Shown one piece after another: positions 1 through 12,959 of a stretch of 64,000 nucleotides of DNA. Source of the stretch: Macrostomum hystrix (taxonomy: Eukaryota; Animalia; Platyhelminthes); contig CATNEN010000005.1 of assembly GCA_950097015.1 (NCBI GenBank), positions 620,001 to 684,000 on the forward strand, read 5' to 3'. How positions within the stretch are numbered: the stretch's first letter is position 1; every line of letters begins with the position of its first letter. The notes under the pieces are model-generated. The model saw nothing but the letters and a program-made list of their open reading frames with translations, was not told the origin of the DNA and made no database searches. The position numbers were made by a program, and so were the translations under genes.

Positions 1-830
1 ATTAGTCACCTATTAGACTCTAAATTAGTCACCTATTAGACTCTAAATTAGTCACCTATTAGACTCAATTAGTCACCTATTAGACTCTAAATTAGTCACC
101 TATTAGACTCAATTAGTCACCTATTAGACTCTAAATTAATCAATTAGACTCTAAATTAGTCACCTATTAGACTCAATTAGTCACCTATTAGACTCTAAAT
201 TAGTCACCTATTAGACTCAATTAGTCACCTATTAGACTCTAAATTAGTCACCTATTAGACTCTAAATTAATCAATTAGACTCTAAATTTGTCACCTATTA
301 GACTCTAAATTAATCAATTAGACTCTAAATCAGTCACCTATTAGACTCAATTAGTCACCTATTAGACTCTAAATTAGTCACCTATTAGACTCTAAATTAG
401 TCACCTATTAGACTCTAAATTAGTCACCTATTAGACTCTAAATTAGTCACATGTTAGAATCTAATTTGGTCACCAGTTAGAATCTTGATTGCCACCTGTT
501 CGACTCTAAATTTGTCACCAGTTAGACTCAAGATGGTTACCTGTTGGACTCTAAATCGTCACCTTGTTAGACTCCATTGATAGTCACGTGTTGGACACTA
601 GATAGTCACATTTCAGACTCTTGATAGTAATATGTTATCTGTTAGATAAAATTTATTGTCACATTTTAGATACTCGATTTGTAATTACCTGTTAGACACA
701 GTTAATAGTCACCTGTTATACTCTTGACAGTCACCTGTTAGACACCGTTATTAGTCTCCTGTTATACCCAGATATTCACCTGTTAGACACCTGTCTAATA
801 GTCACCTGTGTGACACCGGATAAATTATCC
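1..830. repeat. Minisatellite, ~23-bp unit attagtcacctattagactctaa, degenerating after ~450
   Basis: Tandem copies visible; the degenerate tail contains cacctgttagac. Confidence 0.95.
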
Positions 831-910
831 ATAAAATTACAATTTCTCTAATTTAGCAAGCTTTTTTGCTTACCTGTCGGAAATATCGTGAACTATAAAT
901 ATTACAACAG

Positions 911-1411
911 GTGAGCTATCGACTATGCTCATTGGCTGTGGGCCTATTAGCCCTGATTTCCTGCGTCCTGTCCGCCGGACTGCAGGACCCGGGTCATTTA
1001 GTCCTAACTGACGCTGTCATGTCTGGCACGGCCAGTTCCATCGCTCTGGCCATCCTGATCCTACTAATTGACGACCACTTCCCCGAGGATTCTAAGCTTC
1101 GAGTCCTGGCGACCACCTGCGTGCAGGGCAACTCGGTGGCCACTTTCTATCTGGTTGCGCGATTCGCTGATTGGCTGCCGAGTGTCGGCTGGCGCGGCGC
1201 TTTCTATTGGCTGGGAGGCTGCCATTGCGCATTGGCGCTGACCGGGTCGGTTCTGTTCTCTCGGCGACCTGACCGACGATGGTGCCGGAGACAGGCGTCG
1301 ACATCCGCGTCTGCTAGCGATGAAGACTTTCAGAGGACTGAAGAGTCCAGTGTGATTGACAAGATTCGAGAAAGCGGCGACTGGTCAAATAGACTGCTGA
1401 GCTTGTCGCAG
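911..1411 (+). CDS. MFS transporter, SLC16/monocarboxylate-transporter-like, internal exon (upstream exons outside window)
   Basis: Acceptor caacag|GTG at 910/911 and donor CAG|gtgaga at 1411/1412. Hydrophobic helices and a GWRGAFYWLGG segment resembling the MCT TM5-6 GWRGAF motif. Confidence 0.7.
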
Positions 1412-1435
1412 GTGAGATTCCATGAACCACGAACA

Positions 1436-1897
1436 GAGTTTCATGATCCTGAAGTTTCATGATCCTGAAGTTTCATTATCCTGAAGTTTCATTATCCTGA
1501 AGTTTCATTATCCTGAAGTTTCATTATCCTGAAGTTTCATTATCCTGAAGTTTCATTATCCTGAAGTTTCATGATCCTAAAGTTTCATGATCCTAAAGTT
1601 TCATGATCCTAAAGTTTCATGATCCTGAAGTTTCACTTCCCTGAAGTTTCACTTCCCTGAAGTTTCACTTCCCTGAAGTTTCACTTCCCTGAAGTTTCAC
1701 TTCCCTGAAGTTTCACTTCCCTGAAGTTTCACTTCCCTGAAGTTTCACTTCCCTGAAGTTTCACTTCCCTGAAGTTTCAATTCCCCAAAGTTTCACTTCC
1801 CTGAAGTTTCACTTCCCTGAAGTTTCACTTCCCCAAAGTTTCACTTCCCTGAAGTTTCACTTCCCTGAAGTTTCACTTCCCTGAAGTCTCACTTCCC
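1436..1897. repeat. Minisatellite, 16-bp unit tcatgatcctgaagtt switching to tcacttccctgaagtt
   Basis: Tandem copies fill the MFS intron. Confidence 0.95.
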
Positions 1898-1925
1898 CTA
1901 ACAAGATTGAGAACGTCAATTGCAG

Positions 1926-2210
1926 GCGGATTTTGATCAGAGTGGCACTGTACTACTCTGGCTGCTTGAGCGGCTAATCGCGGCGCTTATCTCAGATGGA
2001 CTGTTTCTGTACTTGTTAATGCAGTCACGAATGCTTAGTCAAGTCAATGATAACGTTGTTATCAAGCAACTACATCAGGCGGACAATTCTAAGAATGCCA
2101 CATCGACTGTGATTCTGACAACAGCTCTGGCCTTTTCAGCTGGTTCCAGTTTCTCTTTCGTTGCCGGCGGATTATTCGGTGGATTGCTAGCCGGCGGAAG
2201 AATGCTTACG
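1926..2210 (+). CDS. MFS/SLC16-like transporter, next exon
   Basis: Acceptor ttgcag|GCG, phase 0. Open frame with TM segments (LLWLLERLIAALISDGLFLYLL; FSFVAGGLFGGLLAGGR). Probable donor ACG|gttcgt. Confidence 0.6.
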
Positions 2211-2254
2211 GTTCGTCTAAATAATTCTCTTGTGACTGAATGGGTCTCATTATG

Positions 2255-3085
2255 ACTGAAATGAGGCTCTCTGGTTGCTGAAATAAGGCTCTCTCGTTGC
2301 TGAGATGAGGCTCTCTAGTTGCCGAGATGAGGCTCTCTGGGTTGCTGGAATGAGGCTCTCTGGTTGCTAAGATGAGGCTCTCTAGTTACTAAGATGAGGC
2401 TCTCTGGTTGCTAGAATGAGGCTCTCTGATTGCTGAGATGAGGCTCTCTAGTTGCCGAGATGAGGCTCTCTGGGTTGCTGGAATGAGGCTCTCTGGTTGC
2501 TAAGATGAGGCTCTCTAGTTACTAAGATGAGGCTCTCTGGTTGCTAAGATGAGGCTCTCTAGTTACTAAGATGAGGCTCTCTGGTTGCTAGAATGAGGCT
2601 CTCTGATTGCTGAGATGAGGCCATCTGGTTGCTGGAATGAGGCTCTCTGATTGCTAAAATGAGGCTCTCTGGTTGCTAGAATGAGGCTCTCTGATTGTAT
2701 AATGAGGCTCTCTGGTTGCTAGAATGAGGCTCTCTGGTTGCTAGAATGAGGCTCTCTGGTTGCTAGAATGAGGCTCTCTGGTTGCTAGAATGAGGCTCTC
2801 TGATTGTACAATGAGGCTCTCTGATTGTAGAATAAGGTTCTCTGGTTGCTAGAATGAGGCTCTCTGATTGCTGGAATGAGGCTCTCTGATTGCTGGAATG
2901 AGGCTCTCTGATTGTAGAATGAGGCTCTCTGGTTGCTAGAATGAGGCTCTCTGATTGTACAATGAGGCTCTCTGATTACTGGAATGAGGCTCTCTGGTTT
3001 CTGGAATGATGCTCTCTGATTGCTTGAATGATGCTCTCTTATGACTAGAATGAGGCTCTCTTATGACTGGAATGAGGCTCTCTAG
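2255..3085. repeat. Minisatellite, ~22-bp unit atgaggctctctggttgctaga
   Basis: Tandem copies fill the MFS intron. Confidence 0.95.
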
Positions 3086-3169
3086 ATGCATTAAACAATA
3101 GAGTTTATAATTTGATCCTAATTAAGAGCTACATGTGCATTGAAACCCCCGCACATGAAACCCATGCAG

Positions 3170-3667
3170 GTGTACATGATCGGCTCCCTCACAGTGCTCT
3201 GCTCTCTGATTGGCTGGCTTGGCGTTGTCAACGATCCCGCCGCCATCCAATGGCCATTCTCGCTGGCCTGCGGCATTGGAGTTGGCGCCTTTAATACCTT
3301 CGCGTACGCGGCTTCTGAGGAGGCCACAGGCGTGCATGCTCGCTTTATGTTTCCATTTACTCGGCTTTCGAATGGCGTTGCTATGGCAACACTGGAAGTT
3401 GTTCGCGCCGCTTTAATTGACGGCAGTAATATCCGCGACCGTAGCGGCGGTGACATTCTGCTAGCCCTGCTGCTGCTACTGTCTATGGCCCAGATCTCTA
3501 TTCAGTTACTAGTCAGGCGCAGGTGTCAGCGAGGTGCTAAAAAATTGCGTCCAGGACAGTTACCTAAATCATCTAGAGTCGATGACGAAAACGAAGCCCG
3601 GATTCAGATGCTGTTGCTGAGGCCAACTAGAAGAAGAAAAAAAAGCTTAACTGCCAGGGCACAGTAG
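3170..3667 (+). CDS. MFS/SLC16-like transporter, terminal exon
   Basis: Acceptor catgcag|GTG, phase 0. Further TM helices (VYMIGSLTVLCSLIGWLG; FSLACGIGVGAF; LLALLLLLSMAQ), then a charged tail and stop at 3667. Confidence 0.65.
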   Translation: MYMIGSLTVLCSLIGWLGVVNDPAAIQWPFSLACGIGVGAFNTFAYAASEEATGVHARFMFPFTRLSNGVAMATLEVVRAALIDGSNIRDRSGGDILLALLLLLSMAQISIQLLVRRRCQRGAKKLRPGQLPKSSRVDDENEARIQMLLLRPTRRRKKSLTARAQ

Positions 3668-3904
3668 TTTAAATTTGTTTATTTTCGATTTTTTTATTTT
3701 TATTAACCCCCTCTTAGATGCACAATATGTAAGATTAAAATATTTAGTGAATTTTCATATCCGTTTTTTATCTGTCTTTATCGTTAAGAATGACAATTTG
3801 AACAAAGCTTAAAGGTCTATGATGTCTTTTAGTTCATAATTTAATCTTTACGAACTTTCAACTTATACTAGCTGCTATTCGTTAGTATTTTTTAATCTGA
3901 CAGC

Positions 3905-4635
3905 AGACCTTCACCTGTTAGACACGACATTTTTACCCTGTTGGAGATGACAGTACTACCCTGTTAGACACGGCAGTGTTATCCCGTTAGACACAACAGT
4001 GTCACCCTGTTAGACAAGACAGTGTTACCCTGTTAGACACAACAGTACTACCCTGTTAGACACGACAGTACTACACTGTTAGACACCACAGTGTTACCCT
4101 GTTAGACAAGGCAGTGTTACCCTTTTAGATACGACAGTGTTACCCTGTTACATGTTAGACATGTCTAACATGTTAGACACGAGAATCTCATGCGTTTGAC
4201 AAGAGATTATCACCTGTTAGACGAGATAAATCACCTTTTAGACACGAGATTATCACCTTTTAGACGCGATAAATCACCTGTTAGACGTGATAAATCACCT
4301 GTTAGACACGAGATTATCACCTGTTAGACGCGATATATCACCTGTTAGACACGATATATCACCTGTTAGACGCGATAAATCACCTGTTAGACACGAGATA
4401 GATATCTGTTAGACACGAGATTTTCACATGTTAGACACGAGATTTTCACATGTTAGACACGATAAATTACCTGTTAGACACGAGATAATCATCTATTAGA
4501 CACGAGATTATCACCTGTTAGATGTGTGATTTTCACACAAGTTAGAGACGAGATTATCACCTGTTAAATGTGTGATTTTCACACAAGTTAGAGACGAGAT
4601 TATCAACTTTAGGACACAAGATTGTCACCTGCTAC
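3905..4635. repeat. Minisatellite, 22-23-bp unit with core (c/a)cctgttagac
   Basis: Tandem degenerate copies between two convergent genes. Confidence 0.9.
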
Positions 4636-4762
4636 ACATAACTCATAATAGATTAATTTTGTTATCAAATAGCCATTTCCACAAAGCATTTTCAGTTAAA
4701 GTCAGTGTTCAACAATTTCTCCACAATAGAGTCTTGTTTGCCACCAATTTAATAGGCCTCGA

Positions 4763-5116
4763 TCACAGCTCACTGGCATCCAATAGTTTTCTCTCGACTT
4801 TACCGTCGACGCTAGACCGGCTAACAAGGACAACATCCTTCTGTCCGTAGACTTCAACGTGAAAAACCGCTTCTCGTTTGGCACCAGTCTCAGATTTGGC
4901 CAGCTTGGCCAATCGGCAACTGACCATTCCGCTGACAATGCAGACGACGCATTCAGTACCAGCCGCGCCCAAGGCGCATAGCAACAGAGTGTCCAGGTGC
5001 TCCTTCTGATAAGTGTGTCCGTCTGTGGTGTGGTTCACTAGTCCGAGACGCAACAGCTGGATGCTTATGACGGCTGTTAGTAGTGACACTACCGAGAATG
5101 CTGAGAAGCAAAGTAT
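4763..5116 (-). CDS. TMEM196: TMEM196-like (CD20/MS4A-fold) membrane protein, exon 3 (terminal)
   Basis: Minus acceptor cag|ATA. Encodes ILCFSAFSVVSLLTAVISIQLLRLG...ECVVCIVSGMVSCRLAK; the CRLA motif resembles TMEM196 TM4. Confidence 0.7.
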   Translation of the reverse strand: MLCFSAFSVVSLLTAVISIQLLRLGLVNHTTDGHTYQKEHLDTLLLCALGAAGTECVVCIVSGMVSCRLAKLAKSETGAKREAVFHVEVYGQKDVVLVSRSSVDGKVERKLLDASEL

Positions 5117-5199
5117 CTGTATAAATGTTGTGTTGGCGTTAGTGATTAGCTTGGCTAGAAACTCAGGTAAGAAAAAAATGCGATTTCAAAATTGACGTA

Positions 5200-5702
5200 G
5201 AGATGCAGAGAGACAAAGAGACAGAGAGAGACAGAGAGAGACAGAGAGACAGAGAGAGACAGAGAGACAGAGAGACAGAGAGAGACTGACAGACACATAG
5301 AGACAGAGAGAGACAGAGAGACAGAGACAGAGAGACACAGAGACAGAGAGGGACAGAGAGAAATAGAGAGACAGAGAGACAGAGAGACAGAGAGAGACTG
5401 ACAGACACATAGAGACAAAGAGACAGAGAGACAAATAGAGACAGAGAGAGACAGAGAGACATAGAGACAGAGAGACAGAGAGAAATAGAGAGACAGAGAG
5501 ACAGAGAGACAGAGAGAGACTGACAGACACATAGAGACAAAGAGACAGAGAGACAGATAGAGACAGAGAGACAGAGAGAGACAGAGAGACAGAGAGAAAG
5601 AGAGAGACAGAGAGACAGAGAGACTGAGAGAGACTGACAGACACATAGAGACAGAGAGAGACAGAGAGACAGAGAGACAGAGAGACAGAGAGACAGAGAG
5701 AT
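5200..5702. repeat. (GAGACAGAGA)n-type simple repeat
   Basis: Fills TMEM196-like intron 2. Confidence 0.95.
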
Positions 5703-5734
5703 CTATAAATAGTCCCCAGGTGACCCGAACTCAC

Positions 5735-5791
5735 TATGTAAACTGTCTGACGCCTGACGCATGCAACTCCGATCATGCCAGTGACAAGGAA
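5735..5791 (-). CDS. TMEM196: TMEM196-like, exon 2 (57 nt, FLVTGMIGVACVRRQTVYI)
   Basis: Acceptor tttttag|TTC and donor ATA|gtgagt. Phase 0 on both sides, joining exons 1 and 3 in frame. Confidence 0.75.
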
Positions 5792-6237
5792 CTAAAAAAT
5801 AATATAAAAATGGACGCTGTAAAGTCGAGTTGTTCGTGGTTAATGAATCATCATACTATGACTAAGAAAAGTTAGTGCAACTCGATTGTAACAGCAGAGC
5901 TCGATCATATACGAGTTATATAGCCTATTACGAGTATATAGCATGCAGACAAATTAAATTAGCGAATTTCGGGTGGAGGCATAACTTTGTTATAACAATG
6001 CCAGAGTTGGAATAACTAGGACAATTCTTAGAAATGACGTTTTCAATTAATGCAGATATAAGTTATAGAATATTCGATAGTCAAGTCTTTTACGACGAAA
6101 ATGTATATTTTGGCTATTTTATGAGCTGGACAAAAATAGAAACGCGATCACTGAGTTATGATGCAACTCGATCATAGTTTAAGGCAGTAAAAACTGGTCT
6201 ATTTACTCTCCCTTTCACAAACTCTTAAAACAACTAT

Positions 6238-9200
6238 TCACAATTTCCTGCAGCCTGGATTCACAATTTCCTGAAGCCGGCATTCACAACCTCCTGAAGC
6301 CTACATTCACAACCTCCTGAAGCCTGCATTCACAATCTCTTGAAGCCTGCATTCACAACCTCCTGAAGCCAGGATTCACAACCTCCTGAAGCCTGCATTC
6401 ACAATCTCTTGAAGCCTGCATTCACAACCTCCTGAAGCCAGGATTCACAACCTCCTGAAGCCTGCATTCACAATCTCTTGAAGCCTGCATTCACAACCTC
6501 CTGAAGCCTGGATTCACAACCTCCTGAAGCCTGCATTCACAACCTCCTGAAGCCTACATTCACAACCTCCTGAAGCCTGCATTCACAATCTCTTGAAGCC
6601 TGCATTCACAACCTCCTGAAGCCAGGATTCACAATCTCTTGAAGCCTGCATTCACAACCTCCTGAAGCCAGGATTCACAACCTCCTGAAGCCTGCATTCA
6701 CAACCTCCTGAAGCCTGGATTCACAACCTCCTGAAGCCTGCATTCACAATCTCCTGAAGCCTGCATTCACAACCTCCTGAAGCCTGGATTCACAACCTCC
6801 TGAAGCCTGCATTCACAACCTCCTGAAGCCTGGATTCACAACCTCCTGAAGCCTGCATTCACAACCTCCTGAAGCCTGGACTCACAATTTCCTGAAGCCT
6901 GCATTCACAACCTCCTGAAGCCTGCATTCACAACCTCCTGAAGCCAGGATTCACAACCTCCTGAAGCTACAATTCCTAATCTCCTGAAGCTACAATTCCT
7001 AATCTCCTGAAGCTACAATTCCTAATCTCCTGAAGCTACAATTCCTAATCTCCTGAAGCTACAATTCCTAATCTCCTGAAGCTACAATTCCTTATCTCCT
7101 GAAGCTACAATTCCTAATCTCCTGAAGCTACAATTCCTTATCTCCTGAAGCTACAATTCCTTATCTCCTGAAGCTACAGTTCCTTATCTCCTGAAGCTAC
7201 AATTCCTAATCTCCTGAAGCTACAATTCCTAATCTCCTGAAGCTACAATTCCTAATCTCCTGAAGCTACAGTTCCTCATCTACTGAAGCTACAATTCCTT
7301 ATCTCCTGAAGCTACAATTCCTAATCTCCTGAAGCTGCAATTCCTAATCTCCTGAAGCTGCAATTCCTAATCTCCTGAAGCTGCAATTCCTAATCTCCTG
7401 AAGCTACAATTCCTAATCTCCTGAAGCTGCAATTCCTAATCTCCTGAAGCTACAATTCCTAATCTCCTGAAGCTACAATTCCTAATCTCCTGAAGCTACA
7501 ATTCCTAATCTCCTGAAGCTACAATTCCTAATCTCCTGAAGCTACAGTTCCTAATCTCCTGAAGCTACAATTCCCAATCTCCTGAAGCTGCAATTCCTAA
7601 TCTCCTGAAGCTGCAATTCCTAATCTCCTGAAGCTACAATTCCTTATCTCCTGAAGCTGCAATTCCTAATCTCCTGAAGCTACAATTCCTAATCTCCTGA
7701 AGCTACAATTCCTAATCTCCTGAAGCTACAGTTCCTTATCTCCTGAAGCTACAATTCCTTATCTCCTGAAGCTACAATTCCCAATCTCCTGAAGCTACAA
7801 TTCCTTATCTCCTGAAGCTACAATTCCTAATCTCCTGAAGCTACAGTTCCTTATCTCCTGAAGCTACAGTTCCTTATCTCCTGAAGCTACAATTCCCAAT
7901 CTCCTGAAGCTACAATTCCTTATCTCCTGAAGCTACAATTCCTTAACTCCTGAAGCTACAATTCCTAATCTCCTGAAGCTACAATTCCTAATCTCCTGAA
8001 GCTACAGTTCCTAATCTCCTGAAGCTACAATTCCTTATCTCCTGAAGCTGCAATTCCTAATCTCCTGAAGCTACAATTCCTTATCTCCTGAAGCTACAAT
8101 TCCTAATCTCCTGAAGCTGCAATTCCTAATCTCCTGAAGCTACAATTCCTAATCTCCTGAAGCTACAATTCCTAATCTCCTGAAGCTACAGTTCCTTATC
8201 TCCTGAAGCTACAATTCCTTATCTCCTGAAGCTACAATTCCCAATCTCCTGAAGCTACAATTCCTTATCTCCTGAAGCTACAATTCCTAATCTCCTGAAG
8301 CTACAGTTCCTTATCTCCTGAAGCTACAGTTCCTTATCTCCTGAAGCTACAATTCCCAATCTCCTGAAGCTACAATTCCTTATCTCCTGAAGCTACAATT
8401 CCTTAACTCCTGAAGCTACAATTCCTAATCTCCTGAAGCTACAATTCCTAATCTCCTGAAGCTACAGTTCCTAATCTCCTGAAGCTACAATTCCTTATCT
8501 CCTGAAGCTACAGTTCCTAATCTCCTGAAGCTACAATTCCTTATCTCCTAAAGCTACAATTCCTTATCTCCTGAAGCTACAATTCCCAATCTCCTGAAGC
8601 TACAATTCCTTATCTCCTGAAGCTACAATTCCTTATCTCCTAAAGCTACAATTCCTTATCTCCTGAAGCTACAGTTCCTTATCTCCTGAAGCTGCAATTC
8701 CTAATCTCCTGAAGCTACAATTCCTAATCTCCTGAAGCTACAATTCCTAATCTCCTGAAGCTACAGTTCCTAATCTCCTGAAGCTACAGTTCCTAATCTC
8801 CTGAAGCTACAATTCCTAATCTCCTGAAGCTGCAATTCCTAATCTCCTGAAGCTGCAATTCCTAATCTCCTGAAGCTACAATTCCTAATCTCCTGAAGCT
8901 GCAATTCCTAATCTCCTGAAGCTACAATTCCTAATCTCCTGAAGCTACAATTCCTAATCTCCTGAAGCTACAGTTCCTAATCTCCTGAAGCTACAGTTCC
9001 TAATCTCCTGAAGCTACAGTTCCTAATCTCCTGAAGCTACAGTTCCTTATCTCCTGAAGCTACAATTCCTTATCTCCTGAAGCTACAATTCCTTATCTCC
9101 TGAAGCTACAATTCCTTATCTCCTGAAGCTGGAATTCCTTATCTCCTGAAGCTGGAATTCCTTATCTCCTGAAGCTGGAATTCCTTATCTCCTGAAGCTG

Positions 9201-9304
9201 GAATTCCTTATCTACTGAAGCTACAATTCCTTATCTCCTGAAGCTACAATTCCTTATCTCCTGAAGCTACAGTTCCTAATCTCCTGAAGCTACAGTTCCT
9301 AATC
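6238..9304. repeat. Two-phase 23-bp minisatellite (cacaacctcctgaagcctgcatt, then ctcctgaagctacaattcctaat)
   Basis: About 3 kb of tandem copies; the unit switches near 6955. Confidence 0.97.
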
Positions 9305-9872
9305 TAAAGGCCAGTAGAAACGACTGAATACATGCATATGCTATCCAACAGTTGTCATGCGGCTTTCATGAAGCCAGTTCTCTGAATTGATTGATTTTTC
9401 TCTATATGCATCAACCAAAGGAGAGCAAGGGAAAATTTGAGCAGGAAAAATCTAATTTTCTGCCTTCATTTTTCCCCAATCTTTTACAGACCCTTTATTG
9501 CGTTTGGAAAGTAAATCCTGGTCAGTCTCTAACTCATAGCTCCAATGCTGAGCTTGTTATGCCGATAAACAACATGTAGCATAATAATGAAGGCTTCATT
9601 TTTTGTAATTAATTAAATTATATTCGAGTGATTCAATTTAGATTTAGATTGTAATTTGCTACAGGAACACAGTCTATTGAAAGTGTATATTTATTAGTTT
9701 GTTAAAAAATATTAATCAACTATTCATTTCAAATCTAGTTTTATGCAGTTGTTCTACTGTTTTTTTTGTCTCACACAAACCAAATAGTAACTGGAAATTA
9801 TTTATTATTTTTTTTAAAACTCACTTTATACACCAGCTCACAACCTTCTCCTTTTTAAATCATCATACTAAT

Positions 9873-11000
9873 ACTCGATCTCACCCTACTCATTCTCGAT
9901 CTCACCCTTCCCATTCTCGATCTCACCCTACTCATTCTCGATCTCACCCTACCCATTCTCGATCTCACCCTACTCATTCTCGATCTCACCCTTCCCATTC
10001 TCGATCTCACCCTAACCATTCTCGATCTCACCCTACCCTTTCTCGATCTCACCGTACTCATTCTCGATCTCACCGTACTCATTCTCGATCTCACCCTTCC
10101 CATTCTCGATCTCACCCTACTCATTCTCGATCTCACCCTTCCCATTCTCGATCTCACCCTACTTATGCTCGATCTTACCCTTCTTATTCTTGATCTCACC
10201 TTCCGATTGTCGATCTCACCCTACTCATGCTCGATCTCACCCTACCCATTCTCGAACTCACCGTACTCATTCTCGATCTCACCCAACTCATTCTCGATCT
10301 CACCCAACTCATTCTCGATCTCACCCTTTCCCTCTCTATCTCACCCTTACCATTCTCGATCTCACCGTACTCATTATCGATCTCACCCTACTCATTCTCG
10401 ATCTCACCCTACCCTTTCTCGATCTCACCGTACTCATTCTCGATCTCACCGTACTCATTCTCGATCTCACCGTACTCATTCTCGACCTCACCGTACTCAT
10501 TATCGATCTCACCCTTCCCCTTCTCGAACTCACCGTAATCATTCTCGATCTCACCCTACTCATTCTCGATCTCACCCTACTCATGCTCGATCTCACCCTT
10601 CCACTCTCGATCTCACCCTTCCCATTCTCGATCTCGCCCTTCCCATTCTCGATCTCACCCTTCCCATTCTCGATCTCGCCCTTCCCATTCTCGATCTCAC
10701 CCTTCCCATTGTCGATCTCAACCTTCTCATGCTCGATCTAACCCTTCTTATTCTCGATCTCACCTTGCCATTGTCGATCTCAACCTACTCATGCTCGATC
10801 TCACCCTTATTATTCTCGATCTCACCCAACTCATTCTCGATCTCTCCCTACTCATTCTCGATCTCTCCCTACTCATGCTCGATCTCTCCCTACTCATGCT
10901 CGATATCACCCTACTCATTCTCGATCTCACCCTTCCCATTATCGATCTCACCCTTCCTATTCTCGATCTCACCCTAATCATTCTCGATCTCACCCCTGTC
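9873..11000. repeat. 21-bp minisatellite ctcgatctcaccctactcatt
   Basis: Tandem copies ending about 60 nt from the exon 1 donor. Confidence 0.95.
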
Positions 11001-11058
11001 ATTCTACTCACACCAGTTAATTAACCCGGCTCACAAACAGTTTCGGCCATAGACTCAC

Positions 11059-11214
11059 GAATCCACCGGACCATATAGGTGACACTCGGTGCGCCATCCA
11101 AACCACGGCTTGAATAGTTGATATAATCCCAAGCACAATCGACAGAGATCCCAAGGCTATGTGCACTGCAGCCAGGACTAGCACAGCAGTTAGGACAGCT
11201 TGGTAAAGCCTCAT
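11059..11214 (-). CDS. TMEM196: TMEM196-like, exon 1
   Basis: ATG at 11214; MRLYQAVLTAVLVLAAVHIALGSLSIVLGII...SPIWSGGF, where SPIWSG matches the TMEM196/MS4A SP[VI]WSG motif. Donor TTC|gtgagt. Spliced product 188 aa. Confidence 0.75.
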
Positions 11215-11934
11215 AATTCTTCAGCCTAAAGAAAGTTTGAGCAAGAAGAAGACAAATCCTAATGAAGCAGGAAAGGCATGCCTATATGTAGGCTAATTTG
11301 TATGGCAACCAAAACGGTGGGTTTGTGGCCCGTTCTCATTGGTTCCGTCAGGAGGAAAGAACAATGAAACTGGAATGAGGAACGGAGAGAGAGGATGGAT
11401 GTGTAGAGGGCGACGAGAGATGGGAAGAAAATGACTACATGCTATGGGATGAGTGGTGATGGCAGCAAACTGTAGATGAAGCAGAATATTTTGAGTCTTA
11501 TAGACGTATTTTAAGTTCCATAAAAATGCTTCTGATTCCTGCTTTTCCCCGGAGTACTTAACATTTTATTGCAGCAGTATACTCATAGCTAGCATTATGA
11601 GTTTGGCTGCTGTGAAATAAAATAAATGAGAATAATGGACAGACTCAATAAATCATGCAGCCAATACAATATTGGCCTGTAGTTGATTAATCGGATGTGG
11701 CTGTAACAAGGACTAGGCTTATAGTACAGTGTCGCATTATGTTTGTACTATATGACTAACAAAAGTACAATGATTGGGGAAAAAACATTGTTGTCTGTGA
11801 CGACGGTAAAAAATTGCACACGTTTTACTGTTTTAGGAATTTATCAAAGATGATATTTGATTGAAACTGATAGCGAACAGTTTGATGAAAAGTTGACAGT
11901 AATGTAACTAGAGTGGAAAATAGAGCAAGAGAGG

Positions 11935-12487
11935 TAGACAGAGAAATGAGAGGCAGATAGGGAGATGAGAGGTAGATAGGGAGATGAGAGGTAGATAGGG
12001 AGATGAGAGGTAGATAGGGAGATAAGAGATAGATAGGGAGATGAGAGGTAGATAGGGAGATGAGTAGTTAGGGAGATGAGAGGTAGATAGGGAGATGAGA
12101 GATAGATAGGGAGATGAGAGGTAGATAGGGAGATGAGAGATAGATAGGGAGATGAGAGGTAGATAGGGAGATGAGTAGTTAGGGAGATGAGAGGTAGATA
12201 GGGAGATGAGAGGTAGATAGGGAGATAAGAGATAGATAGGGAGATGAGAGGTAGATAGGGAGATGAGAGGTAGATAGGGAGATGAGAGGTAGATAGGGAG
12301 ATAAGAGATAGATAGGGAGATGAGAGGTAGATAGGGAGATGAGTAGTTAGGGAGATGAGAGGTAGATAGGGAGATGAGAGGTAGATAGGGTAGGGAGATG
12401 AGTTGATAGGGAGATGAGTTGATAGGGTGATGAGTTGATAGGGAGATGAGTTGATAGGGTGATGAGTAGATAGGGAGATAAGAGATA
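11935..12487. repeat. ~19-bp purine-rich minisatellite gatagggagatgagaggta
   Basis: Tandem copies. Confidence 0.95.
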
Positions 12488-12959
12488 GCCAAATATATGA
12501 CAGGTAGGCAGGACGATGAGAGGTAGATAGAATGAGATGAAATTGCACAAGTATAAATCTGTCGTTGAGCTTTCATTAGCTAACGCGAGAACTATAACAG
12601 GGTCGGGGGCGATCGATCGAACCCAAGAATTTGATAACTGAAATGCCAACTCTTTTGCCAAGATGATATGGCAAGACATGGTCTAATCCTACATAAAGTT
12701 ACATATGCCGATTATTGAGTACCGTAGACTCAAAGCGAATGACTAAAATAGACATTACAAAAGTAATTGAATACGCACCTTGAATGTAAAAGTCCCAACT
12801 AAAATAGGTAAATCAATGAGTTGAACATTTTGAGCCTATTTATAGCTCTCAGTTTGTATGTATCGCTACCAAATCTATTGATTCAGTTTATTGTTAAACT
12901 TAATTAAGACATAATTGAATGCCAGATTATATAGCAATTAAAACATGAGAGAAGGGAGG

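Noticed and set aside
5186-5776. 196-aa minus ORF in the track
   Set aside because: Only 5735-5791 is exonic; the rest is read-through into a CT-rich intronic repeat.
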